Assembly: GCA_025786725.1 (NCBI GenBank)
Contig: JAHLTZ010000043.1
Location: forward strand, 62,001 to 126,000
Length of the DNA: 64,000 nt
Direction of reading: 5' to 3'
Source of the DNA: Syncephalis fuscata S228
Taxonomy: Eukaryota; Fungi; Zoopagomycota
In this document: one piece after another, positions 25,050 to 37,285 of the stretch
How positions within the stretch are numbered: position 1 is the stretch's first letter
How the letters are laid out: the number at the start of each line of letters is the position of its first letter
Position numbers and translations under genes: made by a program
Notes under the pieces: model-generated
Database searches by the model: none
What the model saw: only the letters and a program-made list of their open reading frames with translations
What the model was told of the DNA's origin: nothing

Positions 25050-25757
25050 AGTAACTAGATAAGTATAAAGTAAATAAGCGATTTAAAAATGCTAAAGCTA
25101 GTGGACAATCAATAGTAGAAAGAAAAATAGTAGGAATAGGAATGGTGGAGCAACAACCGTACAGAAAAGTGTCGTTTTATAGGAATGATTATAAACGGCG
25201 CGACATTGAACGATACTATTAAAGGTACTCCAACCACGAGTTATTAGCGTGTCTAGTGTAGATTTCCTGAGAATATTCCAAATAAGTACAAAAGCCACAT
25301 TTGGGCAAATCATTGCTTGTTAAAGCTATCACAATTTACCATTTATGTAGTTCATTGGCGGATTTATTACATGGCATTATAATAATTTATTGGAGTTATA
25401 TATTAAAAATACCGATAGATGTGAGAGCTTTTATTGTCAGTATGGCATACAAGATCGCCTTTTTATAGAATTACCAATATACACCGACTTCTAAAACTAT
25501 GGCACATGGCAGAGTTCAGAAAGATGGTCGCAATAAGCAAATACAAAAAAGGATATATCGTTGTACAAACGACTCTACTATTTGAATCGAATACGTAGTT
25601 TAGTTAAAGCTTATCATCGAAAATATTCATATTAAACTATAGTAATTCTCACGCTTTATTGCATTGATAGACGATATACTTGTGAATTTAATTATTTCTT
25701 AGTTTATTTCAAGGTATAGATGCGAAATTGTATATGTAACATAATTAAAAAGCGATT

Positions 25758-28700
25758 CTAAAGCGTTGATTGACATTCTACGAGTCGTACAAGCTGTTGT
25801 AGCACACGAAGATGTACCGGCAATGGTGTCCAAGTGAAATTAGGCAAAAAGTGCAGGAAAGAGAGCGCGTAATACCGCTGTAATAGTTCCCGCAAAGTCA
25901 TATTAGCCGATACATTGGCGGGTGAACGTAGTAAATGAACCTAAATCACAGCAATTATAGTTAGACGGGTGTGGTGCAATCTTTCTCTATCGGTAGCACT
26001 TAATACTTGCCTGTAGCCGACGTGAACCAGCCTCTGGTAGTGTATCGGCATCGGGCAACCAGAATAACGAACCACTCGCTAATGGTAGTAGTTGGCGCTG
26101 ATGATGAGGCGAAACGATAAACTTAGCTGAGTGCTCATCGCTAACGGCAAGTCGATGACCAAGATCCACTAAATAGACTTCACCTACGGCTGTTTTCATT
26201 TGCAAGTTTGTATCGGGTGCCAGTGCCGTATGTGATTTTATAGAGCTATTAGGCGCTTCTCCACTACAGTTTTCAGTTGTGGGTAGTTGTATATGAAGTG
26301 TGGGTTCTTCTGCCGTGCAAGCCAGCACCACTTGCGGTAGATCATCACCACAAATAGCACACCAAGCTAAATTATTTATTAATAAGTGGCTAATGCAGCT
26401 CATATAGTTTACGGTATTCGTACCTTTAAACTCGGCACTGTGCATCACACCTTTTCTTACGATAGTGACGGCACATTGACCGCCTATCCATCGTTCAGCA
26501 ATGATACGTGAACGTTGCCACACTTGTTCGACCATTTGCTTGACTGACGATTCGGTAGTTGTGGCCGTTTGAAGCCACAAGTCACTCTCTAGTATTTCGC
26601 CGTTATCATCCGTCCATGCACAGGCTATCCATGCGCCAGCAAATGGCCCCGTATAGGCAACATGTAAATTTCCAGCTCGCAGCAGTGGAGGTGCATGAAT
26701 ATTAGGTGGTAGAGCTAGTTCTAGCTTCTTTAGCGCATCACTGAATATTGTATAGGGCGGTGCATAGATAGGTACTGCCGTTCCTTGCGGCTTTTGCTTA
26801 TAATCACAGCCAAATGTTAATCCCTAATAACGGTTATCATCATCATTATACAAATTTGTTAGTTATAGTGTCGGATTAGTCATAGTGTTGTTAAATTACA
26901 TGATTGGCTATAAGTGGCACCCGCTGAAATGCCCGAGCATAAGCAGAAAAGGCCAGTGCCTTGCAAACAGATGAATGGTCAGTAGCCCGTTGGACAGGAT
27001 CGTTAACAAGCTGAAAGGGAACAATCTAGCCGTCATAATATTACATTAGTACAGCTATCAATATATTATATTGCTAAAGCATTACTTGAAAGGCTAGCTG
27101 TTCTGCATTAAATCCTCGTTTCTGATAAGCACGCACGGCTGATTGAAAGCACTGGCAAAGCGCAAGTAAATGATGGAAATGATCTGAAAATGGATTAATT
27201 ACATAGATCATTATAGTAGTGGCATCACTTGATGACAGTGCCGGTAATTGGCTCCCTATTAGTATAAATTAATTATCTTGTTATTATTACTACATCAATA
27301 ATAAATACCTAGTTTATCGAATGCGGCTGACAAACTACGTAATTGTCGATCATGAATAGATTCTCCCATCATAGATGCTATTCACAAGTGTATTAGCATT
27401 AGTATTAGTATTCCACTTTTAATTTGACAGTTGTCCTACTTACGTAATAAAATGGCCGGCACTACTTCTAATCCATTCGTTGCTCGATGTGTACCAAGTA
27501 AACAAGCCTAATAGCATAACATAAATAAACTATATATATGCAATAGTACATTAATACTTGCCTCGTAGACAGCGCCTACTTCTTTTATAAGCTGACGGGC
27601 TGATGTTTCCATTGCCTCACCAACTGGACATACCATAATAGGTATAAGTGCTTTCTTGCCACCATATGGTTCAAGCCGTAGTGCTTCCCAGAACCGTATA
27701 GCTGCCACACTTAATGCTAATGCCTGTTCTTGTTGATGCACCATTACTTCAGGTTCTTCGGTCACTAGCTCGATGCAGCCTTGTTTATGTGTACGTTTCC
27801 GTACTTGATATCGACCATATTTCGATTGTGGTTGACCCGATTCTATCACAATAAATTAAGCACTAATAAAACTAAAAAATCTAATTGTTACTTACCATAG
27901 AGTTCGTATAGCTGCTTAACCGACAACTGTCCCCGTACTGTAGAATGTGTTCGTTGTGGTGGCAATTGAGAGGCATCTTGTATGAATAACTTTTCCGCAA
28001 CTTGACTAATCATTTCAACTGTGTAATAATCGTCACCTTGTTCAGCTAAAGTAGTATTTGATGTATCTATTTACATAATATATTACTTAGTTAATTAATT
28101 AATAGTTATTAAATAAGTAAACCTACCAGTAGCATCGGCAGCCAAGCGATGTAGATTTAAAGAATAAAGTGCTTGCCATGTAAATTCCCGCCATGCTGCT
28201 TCATCATATCGATTGAGTATCTTCCCAGTATTTGTTATAGAGGAGTCGATAGATGATACATCAGTTAGCTCTTCAGTATCAATATTCGACGGTGTTAACC
28301 AACAAGTAATTTGAGATGCATCCGATAAATGAATATAGTCCAGCTCATCCAAATCTGTATCTGTATCAGATGATGAAGTAAATGAAGAGTTGTCATCATC
28401 ATCATCATCATTATCATCGTTATCATGATCATTGACTGTTTGTTTCATTGCCGTCACTAGTGACTTATTTAATCCAGTTACTGGTCTATTCAATATAGTA
28501 GGCGGTTTTGCATGACTTGATGGTTCATAGTCAACGGTATACGGTGCTTTCTTTTCATTCTGATCATTACTATTACTTGATGTTAATTCAGTAGCAGTTA
28601 AATCAGATGTTATATAGGCATATCGGCCACCGTAGTTATATTTAGCATCTAATACAAGGGCTGTACTATCAACTAGTGGTGCAAAATCTACAGGAATCAA

Positions 28701-31271
28701 AGCAGTACGTAGTTCTGATAACGATAAGGGAGATGCCAATGCTGTGGTTGTAGTGCCGATACCGCCCACCATACCACAAACTGCTGCAGTTACCGGAAGT
28801 GCTATATTCGGTGTAGTAGCTATAGGACTAACAGTGTTATCATGCCGTTGTATATCCTTGGGCGTTAATAGCATAGTAGCATTGTCGATGGGGCCTGGTA
28901 ATTCTGTAATATTCATACCAGATGGTTGATGTAATAGCTCGTTGTTCATAGATTCAATATCCATAGTAGTAATCTCTGGTTGCCTTGTATTATTACCAAG
29001 TAATGATGATGAGGATGGTGCTACTGCTGCTGCTACTGATGGATGTCTATCATTACTGGGTATAGTAGTGGTGGCAGCTACTGCAGCTACTGCGGCAGCA
29101 GTCAATATTTCATTAGAAAATACATCAGTAATTGTCATAGTCTCTGTGGCCAATCCAGAGGCATGTGGTTGTGATTCCATAGACCGTCCCCCTACCGGTC
29201 CCTATTAATTAAATACATACTAATTAATTAATTATCAATATATTAATATAATCTACTTACATCATCAAAAAAGTTAAAATCATCTTCTGTCACCATTTCT
29301 GTATCTGGATCATCAAAATTATAAAAGTCGGTTAAACTGTCTAATGCAGCTAATCCACTATTTCTTTCTTCTTCATTATTATTATTATTATTGTTGTTGT
29401 TGTTGTTGGTATGATCACCAGTATTCGTATTACCATTACCAATACCAACACCACTTATTGTATTAATAGTAGGCGCGGGTGTAACAACACCTGGATCATT
29501 TGGTGTGGTGACTGAAGCATTAAACGTATTACTTGGTGTAACAGCCATCTCATTGGTTACCAATGGACTATATAGATGCTATTAATAACAATAACTCTAT
29601 GGTATAGTCATAATTCACTTACTTGACTTGAAATAGATCACATAATTGGGTTAAAATTTGATTCTCATTATTTGGATTAGACTCTATTGTTATGGCCATA
29701 GTATCTTCCAGTGTATCATCTGACTCTACTACTACGGGTTTCCAATCACTATCATTGGACTCTTCAGTTAATGGTGTGGGTTCATGGGCTGCACATTGAG
29801 CAAGTACAGCAGAGGCCAGATTGGAGCAATGATCGGTATATGACCAGGCTGTAGATTTGCTCGGATCTCGTATCGATAGTCTTAATGGAGGGTTGGCTAC
29901 GGTTGAATCGTCACTTTTAAGCGTAGTAATGGGGAATACAAGGGCAGTTGGATATGACATTACTTTCTTGCCTATACGCACTATAACAAACAGTGGCATA
30001 TTTGATTCAATGGGTGATTTTAACAAACTTAAAGGCAATGCGTGAATAGTTGACCATATAAGGAGTTGCTGTTCAGCTACTACACCATCAATAGGCCGTA
30101 GTATAGCATGATTACATATTACTTGACCCATAATACCAAACGGTGATAATTTCACTATATATATATAAATAGATTATAATAGCCATAAATATTAAATAAT
30201 AATAAACCTACCCGATAAATACTGATGTGGTCTAGTATCTAAAACATGTTCATTCAAGTCTGATGGTTGAAGTGAACGGATAGGCAATTTACAACGTTTA
30301 GGTAATAGTAGTGCATTGGATGCGGTAATATGAATATGAAGACGGAATCCATCTAATCTACAATGGTATTTAAAACAGTGCATTAATTAGATATAGACAT
30401 TTAATACGAATACTAATACAGATAACATAATAGCCACTACTATAAGCAAACTTACCCTTGATTCGATACAGATGATGACAATCTATGATCTTTTTCAGTA
30501 AGAATAAGATATTTACCTAAGGATTTTATACCGCGATGAGCCAATCCGCTATTCAATATCAATATCAATATCAATTAGAACTAATAAGAACATGTTATGT
30601 ATAAATAAATTACCGAGTACAAAGATTTCTTAATGCTTCTAAAAATATATCACATTCTTCTGGTAAAGTCGACGCCAAGTGAACAGCTAGACGTGAAGCA
30701 GCACCGGCCGATGAACTAATGGCATCCCAAGAGAAACTGCCTAGACGAGATACTATATAACATAATAAGTTACTTATATTCTATAGTCATTAATTAACAT
30801 ACCTCCTTGTTCAATATCTAATGAAAGTGCTGGCTCTTCTTGCCCCCACCAAAACAACCATAATTCATGTTGTTGTTGTTGTTGTTCTAGATGAATAGTG
30901 GTTGTTGTAGTCGCGTCTTTATCGATAGAGTCTACTTCCATCATGGTATCTGTCTTTACATCCACATTATCTAATGGTGCACTATTCACCGTGTTTATTA
31001 CTGTACGCCAATAACAAGCAACACCAGCAGCTAGTAGTTGTTGATAGGCCGTCAATATAGTATCGTCGGCGTTGTTCAACCGACTTGTTGTTGTTGTTGT
31101 TGTTGGTCTAGGACGCGTTATACAACGCCATTTAACCTGTGCCAATCCCGACTAATGAATGACGTAAAGTGTTAAGTAATAACAGTTAATAGTTTTATAT
31201 ATACACACACACACAACAGTAAAGGATACAATGGCTATGGCGTTAGTAAGGGCGGCATCCGTTAGCCGCAT
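25758..31271 (-). CDS. MED13: Mediator kinase-module subunit 13 (Med13/Ssn2), multi-exon
   Basis: N-terminus MRLTDAALTNAIAI|SGLAQVKWR; ELWLFWWG; MSYPTALVF; EMVTEDDFNFFDD; AIRFWEALRLEPYGGKK; WIACAWTDDNGE; C-terminal LRELLQRYYALSFL...LPVHL. Confidence 0.85.
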
Positions 31272-31829
31272 GTTAAGGCTTTTGAACAAGAATCCGCTTT
31301 TTCGCTCAGTACAGGATATGATTCTGGATGCAAAGCACTAAATAGATTGTCAAAATAAATACACACACAAACAACCAAGGGAAGATGCACGTATACGTCA
31401 AGTAGTAGGTGGTGGTAGTAGTAGTGGTGAAGAAGGTAAAGCAATATAAGGCACAAATCCACGAGCTATTTGGGTATCACACAATGGATATTGTATTTCC
31501 AATTAAACACCATGATGGACATTTGACTACAAGTTGAGGCACCATAGTTTTCACACGCACACACACACTATTAATAAACTGGAGCTATTGTACTTTGACT
31601 CTCACATTTTTTATTTACTCATTTCACCATATTTTCTTATTACTATCTTATTATTCTATTCAGTAGTATATTACATGATAATGTTGAGTATAACAATATA
31701 AATAGCATGTATATTTAAACACCAATAAAAAACACTATTCGATCCCTAGTTTTGTTTCTCTTATTTACATCAACACCTGTTCAAGCAACCTCAACGGTAT
31801 GCCGTATATTCTGGCTACAACCGTCGCCC

Positions 31830-32230
31830 CAAGATCCTCCTGGTGAAAACACTCAACCTATCATTATTGCATATGGTGGAGGTCATTTGCTTTATCGATA
31901 GTCGGCAAATAAACTACACCTACCAAGTTGATACCAAGAATGCTCAAGACAATGGCGAATATCAGAAACGCCAAATATCCTACCTTCTTTGTCATCATAG
32001 ATAAGTATCTTACATCACAGATATGCCCAAAATGTAATACTAGAAAATTGAAAGATGAAACAGATTATTTAAATGCAAGAATCCATGCTGTACGTAGATG
32101 CAACAACTGCGGAACGATATGGAATTGCAATCAAATGGCTTCTATTAATATTCAATCAATCTTTCTACACATGACCAACAACAATAATAATCGGTCTCAA
32201 ATGTTCCAAAGAAATCAAATAGTATGTTAC
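31830..32230 (+). mobile_element. Degenerate Fanzor (eukaryotic TnpB-like) nuclease remnant, C-terminal RuvC/zinc-finger part
   Basis: PIIIAYGGG motif, then IIDKYLTSQICPKC...RRCNNCGTIWNCNQMASINI..NRSQMFQR, matching the TnpB/Fanzor consensus DEyxTSqxCxxC...CxxC...WnRDxnAsxNI. Catalytic E and D are altered and upstream frames are broken. Confidence 0.72.
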
Positions 32231-33813
32231 ATTCTTTATTTAAATCAATTTATTAACAATATTTTAATAGGAAGTAATATAACTATGCTGCGCATAACAA
32301 CGACATGACTCTGATTGGAACAAATTTTGCATTGAAGGCTCCAAATGTGGGAGCAAAGTAAAATGTAACCATAATCTTTTAAATAAATAGTGTAACATAT
32401 CATTTGATTTTTTGGAACATTTAAGACCGATCATTGTTGGCTATGTGTAGAAAGATTAATTGAATATTAATAGAAGCCGTATGCTTGATTCCATATCATT
32501 CCGCAGTCGTTGTTGTTATTGTACTAATATATACATGCTACGTATTATTCCATTTTTAGCTTTTAACTTTTAGTATTTGTTAGTTGAGTTAAATAAACTG
32601 TATCATTATATAAAATATCGTGTGTCATTTAGCATTATTATACAATCTAATTAAATTTATCAATTATTATAGTATGGTTTGAGTACCAAATGATTGATAT
32701 TTAATAACATCCAATCTATTGAACATGATAATGGGTGGTGAGTGACATTAGTCATCAAATACTCATTATTATAGATTCGTTATCTAGTACGCGTATATAA
32801 TTAAAGTATGTGTTATTATTATGTATACCCGTTATTTTGCTTGATTAACATTAAAAGCATAACTAATTGGCATGGCCTAATTTATTTATAAATAATCTTA
32901 ATAAAATATAACTCCGTTCATATTTATATTATATGTTCTACCAATATAACTCAGTGAACAAACTAAGTGCAGTAAGTCAATTTTTATTAATAAAAGAGTT
33001 GGAATTATACCGACAACGGCTATAAACAACGTATGACCAATATATAATAAAATGATAACCATTATAATGAATGGGCAATATTGAACGAAATTAGCAATAT
33101 TCAAGTTATTGGGCACTAGCCTAATAAACGAGCTGACCGACATTAGTCGAACTTTCTTAATAATAAAGCTAGAACAAAAAGGACAACTGCAATAGCTAGC
33201 GCGTATATACCAGACAATAAAATAATATACATTATAAAAAATATACGGTGTGAAATGACGATTAGCTATGTCAAATTATTGAGTATATCTGCATAATCAA
33301 TGAGCGGAATTAGTCGACATTTATTAATAATAGTAATAGAACAAAAATAAAAGTAGTTTTGGGTAGAGAAAGGCTAGGCGAGTATAAAATGATACATAAA
33401 ATGATAAATGTATGGCAAGAAAGTACATAAAACAATGGAAGTTATAGTGCATATAATGCAATGAGGGGAATAAGTGGAGTATATTGCTACATATAATGAA
33501 TAAAATGTATTTAATATATCGTAGAATGATATATAGTAGTGTGGGATATATTGAAAGTGATATAAATGAATAAAGTATATATGTATACTGAGTATATGCA
33601 TATTGGATAATAAATCTACGATGATGAGTATTTTGGACCCTGATGTGAATTACCCCTAGTTTCATGTTCAATAGAAAGAAAGTTTAATTTAAAAGTGTAA
33701 ATATTATTAAATGTAGTCATTTGATCACAAAAACAAACAATAAATAACTAATAGACTATTTAATGTAAAAAGCTTATTTTTATTTAATTAATAAATAATG
33801 TAATATATACAAG

Positions 33814-34227
33814 TTATAAATTGAATGGCATTGTACATATAAAGACTATAAACAAATTGAAATACAGATGAGGGAATTGCTCAAGTGATAGAATAGAAGA
33901 AAAAATAAAGATCAATTGCATAAAAGCAAATATAATTATAGAATATGTCATCAGTAAAACAATGGTTGTAATAAGAAGAATAGATAACAAACAGTAAAGA
34001 CAAGTATATTTATAGAACAATGTCAATAGTAAAGCAATGAGTGTAATAAGAATGACAAACAACAAAAAATAAAGACAAGTATATTCATAGAACAATGTCA
34101 ATAGTAAAGCAATGAGTGTAATAAGAATGACTAACAACAAACAATAAAGACAAGTATATTCATAGAACAATGTCATTGGTAAAATAAGAAGGATAAATAT
34201 CAATGCATAAACAAATGTCATTATCAT
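33814..34227 (-). CDS. Possible hydrophobic repeat membrane protein
   Basis: 137-aa ORF built from 25-aa repeats (LLLTLFYEYTCLYxLLxILITLIA); could be an artefact of strand base skew. Confidence 0.3.
   Translation of the reverse strand: MIMTFVYALIFILLILPMTLFYEYTCLYCLLLVILITLIALLLTLFYEYTCLYFLLFVILITLIALLLTLFYKYTCLYCLLSILLITTIVLLMTYSIIIFAFMQLIFIFSSILSLEQFPHLYFNLFIVFICTMPFNL
33971..34190. repeat. 75-bp tandem repeat, about 3 copies
   Basis: AAAGACAAGTATATT(T/C)ATAGAACAATGTCA starts at 33996, 34071 and 34146. Confidence 0.85.
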
Positions 34228-35151
34228 AGAACATGATATTATAATTGACAGCTAAACTTGTAAGCATTAGATTTAGTATATAAGCAACAGTATTCATTGA
34301 ATGTTAAATAAAATACTTGTAAACATACCTATTCTAAACTACACCTTGTATATATACCATTTTTAAATCATATGTATATAGAACTAGCCATAATGACACA
34401 ATCTACTTTATTACTCTAGTAGCCATATAAGCTATGTTTCTTTAGTATTCCTAATAAAACTGATCACCTTATTACGAATACAAAAAGAATACAACTTATA
34501 TAGCTGCTAAAGTAATACAAAACAAATTAGCTAAATAGTGATCTATAGTTACTACAATACAATAGATCACAACATAGTTTTATACAAAATTTAACACACA
34601 ACGGAGATTAACAACTTTTAAATAAAAATGTGCAACCATTCTTATAAATTTCACTTGTCATATTATATGGCGCAATAAGTGTAACTTTTTTGGGGCGGAT
34701 TCAGGCTCTTAGGGGACTTTTCAGATATTGAATGTAAGTTTTATTGAAATACTTAGAATTATTACTAATACAATGTCTTATTACATTTAATTATATTTTA
34801 TGGAAATGATAATGTTTTTATATTACGTTAATATTTATTGTGAATGATGATTTAAACACAAATCAATCCAATCAACTCATTACGATTGATTGCGTAAAAA
34901 GATTTGCTGCTTTGGGGGATTGAAGTAAATGTTGACACTTAAAACTACTCATTATTGTAAAACGAGCTATTAGCATTAATAACAGTTTTATTATTATTGA
35001 TTAATAATCTAATTATTGTGTGAATTGGTGTGTGTGTGTGTGTATGTGTATACATAATACTCACGACATTATCTGATGATTCTCAGCGACGTATTTAAAT
35101 TCATTATTTTTGTTTTTTAGCGTGCTGTTGTTCTTTAATTCTCTCCCCACT

Positions 35152-36021
35152 ATGATTTTTACAAACGAGCTACCTGCGGTTGAAACTTCTACTTTGCCGC
35201 GTGCCTTGCGCATCGGTGTACTTGGTAAGTGGCATGCCATTATAATTAAATGGATAGCATCTAAGTTTATGTTGCTGCTGTTATAGCACTGCAGGGCGGG
35301 TTCCACGAACACCTCGTTATGCTACGGCAAGTACGACCAGATATCGAAGCAGTAGAAGTACGCAGCAAAAAAGATATGGAGGATCCACTACTTGACGGTC
35401 TTATTATACCGGGCGGTGAAAGTACAACGATGGCTATTGTAGCGCAACGAAGCGGTGCATGGCCATCGCTACAAGCACTAGTGCGCTCCCGTCCCGTATG
35501 GGTAAGTAGCCATTAGATATATTATATACACTGATAATAGCAGCAATACTAATAAAACATGTATAATATAGGGCACTTGTGCTGGTATGATTCTACTTTC
35601 ATCCGATGCAGTGAACCAGAAACAAGATGGTCAAGCTTTGCTAGGTGCTCTTCCGATTACCGTACGCCGCAATCGATTTGGTTCACAGGTGGAGAGTTTT
35701 CAAGTGGTGCTTACCGAACCACCTGAAGTAATACACGTTAACGATGACCCTACTACCACTACCGACTCAACCGCCGAACCAAACGGCTTTCCTGCACTAT
35801 TCATACGAGCACCGGTCGTTGAAAAGATCAGCGAAAAAGTTGAAGTACTTACTCGTCTTACGAGAGTAGCGGGTGAACCCGGAGAAGTCGTGGCTGTGCG
35901 TCATAATGATATTCTCGTCTGTGCTTTCCATCCTGAATTAACGGGTGATAATCGCTGGCACCGGTACTTTATTAACATGACCATTGCTGCTCGTATCATA
36001 CGTGAAAAGACGACTGCTTGA
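35152..36021 (+). CDS. PDX2: Pyridoxal 5'-phosphate synthase glutaminase subunit (Pdx2/Sno1), 3 exons
   Basis: RIGVL|ALQGGFHEH, DGLIIPGGESTTM, VW|GTCAGMILL, RNRFGSQVESF, FIRAP, FHPELT. Confidence 0.95.
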
Positions 36022-36185
36022 TTAGTGATTAGGACAGTTTAATGCAACACATCTACGATTTAATAAAACAGAAATACACACACATATGTATGTATGTGTT
36101 TGTGTGTGTATTATATTTACAGCTACATGTATTCATTCTATCAATGTTACAACATATTTGTTTATTATTAAATAATGACTCCTGT

Positions 36186-36967
36186 TTAATGATTTTCTTG
36201 ATCTTCTGGCTCTAATCGTTGTAAGTGTTGAAATGCTTTTGTAAAAAAGGGCCGAATTTCATTTAATTCCATCCAGCCAATATTATCCATCTATTAATAT
36301 TGTATATTAGTTAACTTGCTGTTAGTATATCCACTAGTTATTGATTTACCTGAACATTACTGCCATTGAGTAAAGAAAGACCCAGACGTGCCTTGGCCTG
36401 TCTTACTTCTCTTAAATCTTTAAGTAGTCGCCGTATCATGGCTGATCGCGGAATATCTTCAATGCACTAGACATTTAAGCATTAGCTGTCTATCCAGTTT
36501 TATTTGCTTTTAGCTTACCTATTAAGTAATAAATTGCCAATTTCCATGTAGTTGAAGGGTAAAGCACTGAATGTTGGTTCTTCTTGTTCCTCTTCAAGTT
36601 TCTGCGTTAAAAAGTCTATTTTCTTTTAGTTGACATAAATAGCGTGGTTATGATGACACTTACCAACGTTAAACCACTCTGGTGGCACAATGCGACATTG
36701 ATTTCGTTTACGAAGCGTTAAAGCAACCCAGATTGGTACTTGCGTTAGGCGAGGCGGCTGCGGTTGAAGCGGTGCAAACGTGCCCTATGAATAGCCAGTT
36801 AGAACATGTAGTATACAGTAGTGCTATTAAACGGTTATGGTATATACCTGTATTAGCTCTAACGGTTTTGTTCTAACCGATGGCTCAATAGTAATAAGCG
36901 CATTCTCGGCTAGAAATTCAATCTCGGCTGGTGATAAGCCATTACTTAACTCGACGGATAGTGCCAT
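36186..36967 (-). CDS. PSF2: GINS complex subunit Psf2, multi-exon (absent from the ORF track)
   Basis: MALS..LSPAEIEFLAENALITIEP; VPIWVALTLRKRNQCRIVPPEW; FSALPFNYMEI; IRRLLKDLREVRQAKAR; MDNIGWMELNEIRPFF. Confidence 0.9.
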
Positions 36968-37285
36968 TAGAATGACAGTAGCAAATACTAACACTAATAC
37001 TATAGTATTAATATGTTGATATTAATAATATTAAGCGTAAAAGAGCAATAAAATAACACACATTCATAGTTTTTATTGTTATCATATCATCTAAAGGCTC
37101 ATTTAAAGTGGATATTATTAAATTCTATCAAATTTTTATTCAACTCCGACGACCCATAGCGCTATTTTCTTTTCGTTTTCAGTATTGATACGGCAGCGAT
37201 TGATCTGTTGCTTGTATAGTCGCTATACATCGCGTGTAATTCTTGCTCCAGCGCTTTATACATATTAATATTCCATACAATTAAA

